From an uncultured Synergistia bacterium (GTDB taxonomy: Bacteria > Synergistota > Synergistia > CAYRKT01), in assembly GCA_964425005.1 (NCBI GenBank), contig CAYRKT010000002.1:1-58766 (forward strand): a stretch of 58,766 bases of DNA, in the 5' to 3' direction. How positions within the stretch are numbered: the stretch's first letter is position 1; every line of letters begins with the position of its first letter. Below the pieces are notes generated by a model. The model did no database searches. It had not been told where the DNA came from and saw only the letters and a list, made by a program, of their open reading frames with translations. The position numbers and the translations under genes are program-made. Shown here piece after piece: positions 55,316 through 58,766 of this stretch.

Positions 55316-56344
55316 TTGAAGGTGGCTGTATTCGGAGCGTCCGGGTTCGTGGGAGGAGAGCTCTTGAGGCTCATAGCCCTCCATCCGCAGATGGAGCTCT
55401 CGGCGGCGTCCTCCAACACCTTCGCCGGGGAGATGGTCTGGACGAGGCACCCGCACCTCAGGCCCGTATACCCCTCCTTGAAGTTCTGCGCGCCCGAGGA
55501 GGCCATTGGAGCGGACTTCGACCTGGCCTTCCTGGCCCTGGAGCACGGGAGGTCCGCCGAGGTCGCGGGGAAGATCCACGACAGCGGCAGGCTCGTGGTG
55601 GATCTGAGCGCAGACCTCAGGCTCAAGGACCCCGAGGCCTACAGGAGGTGGTACGGCAGGAATCACCCAAGGCCGGACCTCCTCTCCAGGGCCGTCTACG
55701 GGCTTCCAGAGCTGCACCGCGAGGAGCTCAAGGGGGCGACTTTGGCCTCCGGGGTGGGCTGCAACGCCACCGCCGTGAACCTGGCGCTCAAGCCCCTCAA
55801 GGGCCTCCTTCGGGAGGTCGTGGCCGACGTGAGGGCTGGCTCTTCCGAGGGAGGAGCTCGTCCCAGCGAGGGCTCCCATCACCCCATAAGGAGCAGGGCC
55901 CTCAGGCTCTACTCCGTGGGGAAGCACAGGCACATGGCCGAGGTGTGCCAGGAGATGGAGCTCCCAGAGGAGGCTATATCCTTCTCCGTCACGGCGGTGG
56001 AGCTGGTGAGGGGGGTTCAGGCGGTGGTCAGGTGCAGGCTGAGCGAGCGCCTGACCGAGAAGGAGCTGTGGGGGCTCTTCAGGAACGCCTACAAGGGAAG
56101 CCCCTTCGTCTCCCTGTGCCCCGCCAACCCACCCCACCTACGACTGCCGGACCCCAGGTGGGTCACGGGCAGCAACCACGCCATGATAGGCTTCGTCCAG
56201 GAGGGGGAAGATCGGGTGGTGGTGGTCTCGGTGCTGGACAACCTCGTCAAGGGCTCCGCCGGGACGGCCGTGGCCTGCGCCAACCTGATGGTGGGCCTGC
56301 CGGAGGAGACCGGCCTGAACCAAAGCCCCATATTCCCTGTATGA
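55316..56344 (+). CDS. lysY: [LysW]-aminoadipyl/glutamyl-phosphate reductase (LysY/ArgC family)
   Basis: GASGFVGGELLRL, DLSADLR, AVYGLPE, GCNAT, GSSEGG, DNLVKGSAG; TTG 55316 after SD GAGGAGGTG. Confidence 0.92.
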   Translation: MKVAVFGASGFVGGELLRLIALHPQMELSAASSNTFAGEMVWTRHPHLRPVYPSLKFCAPEEAIGADFDLAFLALEHGRSAEVAGKIHDSGRLVVDLSADLRLKDPEAYRRWYGRNHPRPDLLSRAVYGLPELHREELKGATLASGVGCNATAVNLALKPLKGLLREVVADVRAGSSEGGARPSEGSHHPIRSRALRLYSVGKHRHMAEVCQEMELPEEAISFSVTAVELVRGVQAVVRCRLSERLTEKELWGLFRNAYKGSPFVSLCPANPPHLRLPDPRWVTGSNHAMIGFVQEGEDRVVVVSVLDNLVKGSAGTAVACANLMVGLPEETGLNQSPIFPV

Positions 56345-56352
56345 AGGAGGCG

Positions 56353-57168
56353 ATGGGGGTGCTGGTGGTCAAGATAGGCGGGGGAAGGGGGAACAGGCTG
56401 GACGAGCTCTGCAAGGAGGTCAAAGCCCTCTGGGAAGAGGGCGAGAGGCTGGTGCTGGTCCACGGGGTGAGCGACGCCATGGACGCCCGCTCGGCGGAGC
56501 TCGGCCTGGAGCCCAGGTACCTCGTGAGCCCCAGCGGGTTCAGGAGCAGGTTCGTCGGGGAGAGGGAGAGGGACGTCTACCTGGGCGTTTGCCTCGAGGT
56601 CGGCGCGAGGATCTGCTCCACCCTGCACGCCATGGGGGTCAGGGCCGTCGCCCTCTGGGGAGGTAGCGGAGCCCTCGCCGAGGGAGAGAGGAAGGAGGCG
56701 CTCCGCTACGTGGAGAACGGCAAGGTCAAGGTGGCCAAGGGCAACTGGAGCGGGGTGGTGAGGTCCGTGAACGCCAGGGTGATCGAGGTCCTGCTGGAGG
56801 GGGGCTTTCTGCCGGTGGTCTCCCCCGTGGCCGTGACGCCGGAGGGATTGCCCCTCAACGTGGACGGCGACAGGATGGCAGCGGCCATCGCCTCGGCCCT
56901 GAGGGCCGAGGCCCTGGTGATCCTCTCCAACGTCCCCGGGCTCCTGGAGCGCCTGGAAGACCCAGGGAGCCTGGTCAGGAGGATACCCTTCGAGGACCTG
57001 GAGGACTACGACGGCCTCGCCAAGGGGAACATGAAGAGAAAGCTATTGGCCGCGAGGGAGGCCTTGGAGGGCGGGGTGGAGAAGGTGATCATCTCGGACA
57101 GCAGGGTGGAAAGACCGATAGGGTCCGCCCTGGCGGGAGGTGGGACCTGGATATGTCGAGCTTTCTAG
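56353..57168 (+). CDS. lysZ: [LysW]-aminoadipate/glutamate kinase (LysZ/ArgB family)
   Basis: VVKIGG, LVHG, SPSGFRSR, NVDGDRMAA, LSNVPGLL, GNMKRKL. Confidence 0.92.
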   Translation: MGVLVVKIGGGRGNRLDELCKEVKALWEEGERLVLVHGVSDAMDARSAELGLEPRYLVSPSGFRSRFVGERERDVYLGVCLEVGARICSTLHAMGVRAVALWGGSGALAEGERKEALRYVENGKVKVAKGNWSGVVRSVNARVIEVLLEGGFLPVVSPVAVTPEGLPLNVDGDRMAAAIASALRAEALVILSNVPGLLERLEDPGSLVRRIPFEDLEDYDGLAKGNMKRKLLAAREALEGGVEKVIISDSRVERPIGSALAGGGTWICRAF

Positions 57169-58325
57169 ATATAGAATCGCGCTTCGGACCCGGCATAACC
57201 GCCACCAGGGAGGTCTGCCTGGTGAGGGGAGAGGGGTCGTGGGCCTTCGACGAGTCCGGGAGAAGGTACCTGGACTTCAGCATGGCCCACGGATCGGTGG
57301 CCCTAGGACACGCCCATCCAGCCGTGGCATCGGCGATGAAGAGGGCGCTCGAGGAGGGGATCTTGAACTGCGGGATGGGCTTCTCCTCCCCCTTCAGGGC
57401 CAGGTTGCTCGAGAGGCTTTGTCAGGGTCTGGGAGGCAAGTTCCGGGGCTTTCTCGCCAACTCGGGCGCGGAGGCGATAGAGACCGCCATAAAGCTGTGC
57501 GCCCTAAAGAGGCCCGGCAGGAAGAGGTTCGTGGCCCTCAGGAGGTCCTTCCACGGCAGGACCCTGGGGGCTTCGTCCCTTACCTTCAACCCCAACTACA
57601 AGAGGGGGTTGGAGCACCTCCTGCTCGAGGTGGACTTCATCAGACCCATCGAGGAGGACCTGGACAGGGTCGACGAGGGGGTGGCCGCGGTCTTCGTAGA
57701 GCCGGTCCAGGGGGAGGGCGGCGTATATCCCCTGCCCCCCGACTTCCTCAGGGCCCTCAGGTCCCGCTGCGACGAGGTGGGTTCCCTGCTGGTGGCCGAC
57801 GAGGTCCAGTGCGGCTTCTTCAGGTGCGGTTCTCTGGCCCTGTCCGTCGAGGACGGCATATCCCCCCACGTGGTCTGCCTGGCCAAGGGGATGGCGAACG
57901 GCATCCCCATAGGGGCGTGCCTGTGGAGGGAGGAGCTAGGCCCCCTACCCCCCAAGGTCCACGGGACCACCTACGGCGGAAACCCGCTGGTCTGCGCCGT
58001 GGCCCTCGCCGTACTGGACGTAGTCGAGGAGGAGCGCCTGGGCGAAAGGGCCACCAGGATGGGGCGAGGGCTCATCTCCCTGATCGAGGAGGCCAGGCAC
58101 CCCCGCGTCAAGGAGGTAAGGGGGAGAGGACTCCTGGTTGGGGTGGAGCTCACAGGGCCAGTCGCGGAGGAGGTGGTCAGATCCCTCCAGGGGAAGGGAG
58201 TCCTGGCGCTCACCACCTCCAACAGGTCGGTGGTTAGGTTCATGCCGTCCCTCCTGGTCTCCGAGGAGGAGCTCGAGCTCGCCGCCTCCGCCCTGCTCAG
58301 CGCCCTCGACGAGTTGGAGCGATGA
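57153..58325 (+). CDS. lysJ: [LysW]-aminoadipate-semialdehyde transaminase (LysJ/ArgD, class III PLP)
   Basis: YLDF, LGHAHP, NSGAEAIE, SFHGRT, EPVQGEGG, DEVQ, LAKG, HGTTYGGNP. Confidence 0.92.
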   Translation: MSSFLDIESRFGPGITATREVCLVRGEGSWAFDESGRRYLDFSMAHGSVALGHAHPAVASAMKRALEEGILNCGMGFSSPFRARLLERLCQGLGGKFRGFLANSGAEAIETAIKLCALKRPGRKRFVALRRSFHGRTLGASSLTFNPNYKRGLEHLLLEVDFIRPIEEDLDRVDEGVAAVFVEPVQGEGGVYPLPPDFLRALRSRCDEVGSLLVADEVQCGFFRCGSLALSVEDGISPHVVCLAKGMANGIPIGACLWREELGPLPPKVHGTTYGGNPLVCAVALAVLDVVEEERLGERATRMGRGLISLIEEARHPRVKEVRGRGLLVGVELTGPVAEEVVRSLQGKGVLALTTSNRSVVRFMPSLLVSEEELELAASALLSALDELER

Positions 58326-58766
58326 GGCCCACAGGCCCCTTCGAAGCAGAGGCCGTAGAGCTCCTGAAGGCCCTGGTGGAGACGGAAAGCCCCACCGGCC
58401 GCGAGGACGAGGCCGTAGGGCTCTTCGTCGAGGCGGCCAGGTCCATGGGGCTTGAGGCCGGCAGGGACGAGGCGGGAAACGGCGTGGCCGCAAAGGGCGA
58501 AGGAGGAAGGCGCATCTACCTGGTAGGCCACATAGACACGGTCCCGGGGAGCATACCCGTGAGGATCGAGGGAGGGGAGCTCTGGGGGAGGGGAAGCGTG
58601 GACGCCAAGGGGGCGCTGGCGGCCATGCTGGTGGCCCTCGCGAGGGCCAGCCTGAGGCCAGGCCTGGAGGTGCGCCTGTTCGCCTGCGTCGACGAGGAGG
58701 GAAGGAGCAGGGGGGCAAGGCACCTCCTGGGGTCCGCGCCGGAGCCAGAGGGGGTCGTGGTGGGAG
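58322..58766 (+). CDS. lysK: [LysW]-lysine/ornithine hydrolase LysK (M20 family), truncated by window end
   Basis: ATG 58322 overlaps the lysJ stop; SPTGRE, GHIDTVPG, LWGRGSVDAKG, DEEG. Not in the ORF track because it has no stop in the window. Confidence 0.9.
   Translation, partial: MRPTGPFEAEAVELLKALVETESPTGREDEAVGLFVEAARSMGLEAGRDEAGNGVAAKGEGGRRIYLVGHIDTVPGSIPVRIEGGELWGRGSVDAKGALAAMLVALARASLRPGLEVRLFACVDEEGRSRGARHLLGSAPEPEGVVVG

Noticed and set aside
54464-56344. 626-aa ORF suggesting a long N-terminal fusion to LysY
   Set aside because: The first ~284 codons are an alternative frame over the citrate-synthase-like gene. LysY has its own SD and TTG at 55316.

Overview
High-GC (roughly two-thirds G+C by eye) bacterial chromosome segment from a probably thermophilic anaerobe. 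Arg is mostly AGG and Ile often ATA; the lineage cannot be fixed without a search. The window is almost all housekeeping DNA, with no mobile elements or CRISPR. Minus strand, in transcription order: (1) a complete dcw cluster, mraZ to the 5' end of ftsZ, with a three-repeat MraZ box; (2) RNase P RNA, divergent from an orphan cheR; (3) a V/A-type ATPase operon (H/G-I-K-E-C-F-A-B-D) with a Na+-type K ring and a trailing gamma-carbonic anhydrase; (4) yebC-ruvC-ruvA-ruvB-DUF2905-spoIID/lytB-queA; (5) six tRNAs; (6) a compact Thermotoga-like purCSQLFNDM-guaB operon without purH, running on into hypothetical/DedA/UPF0104/ogt/panB/panE; (7) a five-gene DRTGG/RsbT-like kinase/[FeFe]-hydrogenase-like/HATPase module with no catalytic hydrogenase. 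Plus strand: crcB-DUF190; rrf2-FeS-hcp; and an operon of LysW-carrier genes. The LysW operon is the most unusual part. It is led by a complete T-box riboswitch whose best-supported specifier is AAA (Lys). Its order is lysW, a LysX homolog that has lost most ATP/Mg ligands, a citrate-synthase/citryl-CoA-lyase-fold gene, then lysY, lysZ, lysJ and lysK (truncated by the window edge). MurE in the same window has the meso-DAP-type DNPR motif, which is in tension with a LysW lysine route. All product calls come from motif recognition; no database search was run.
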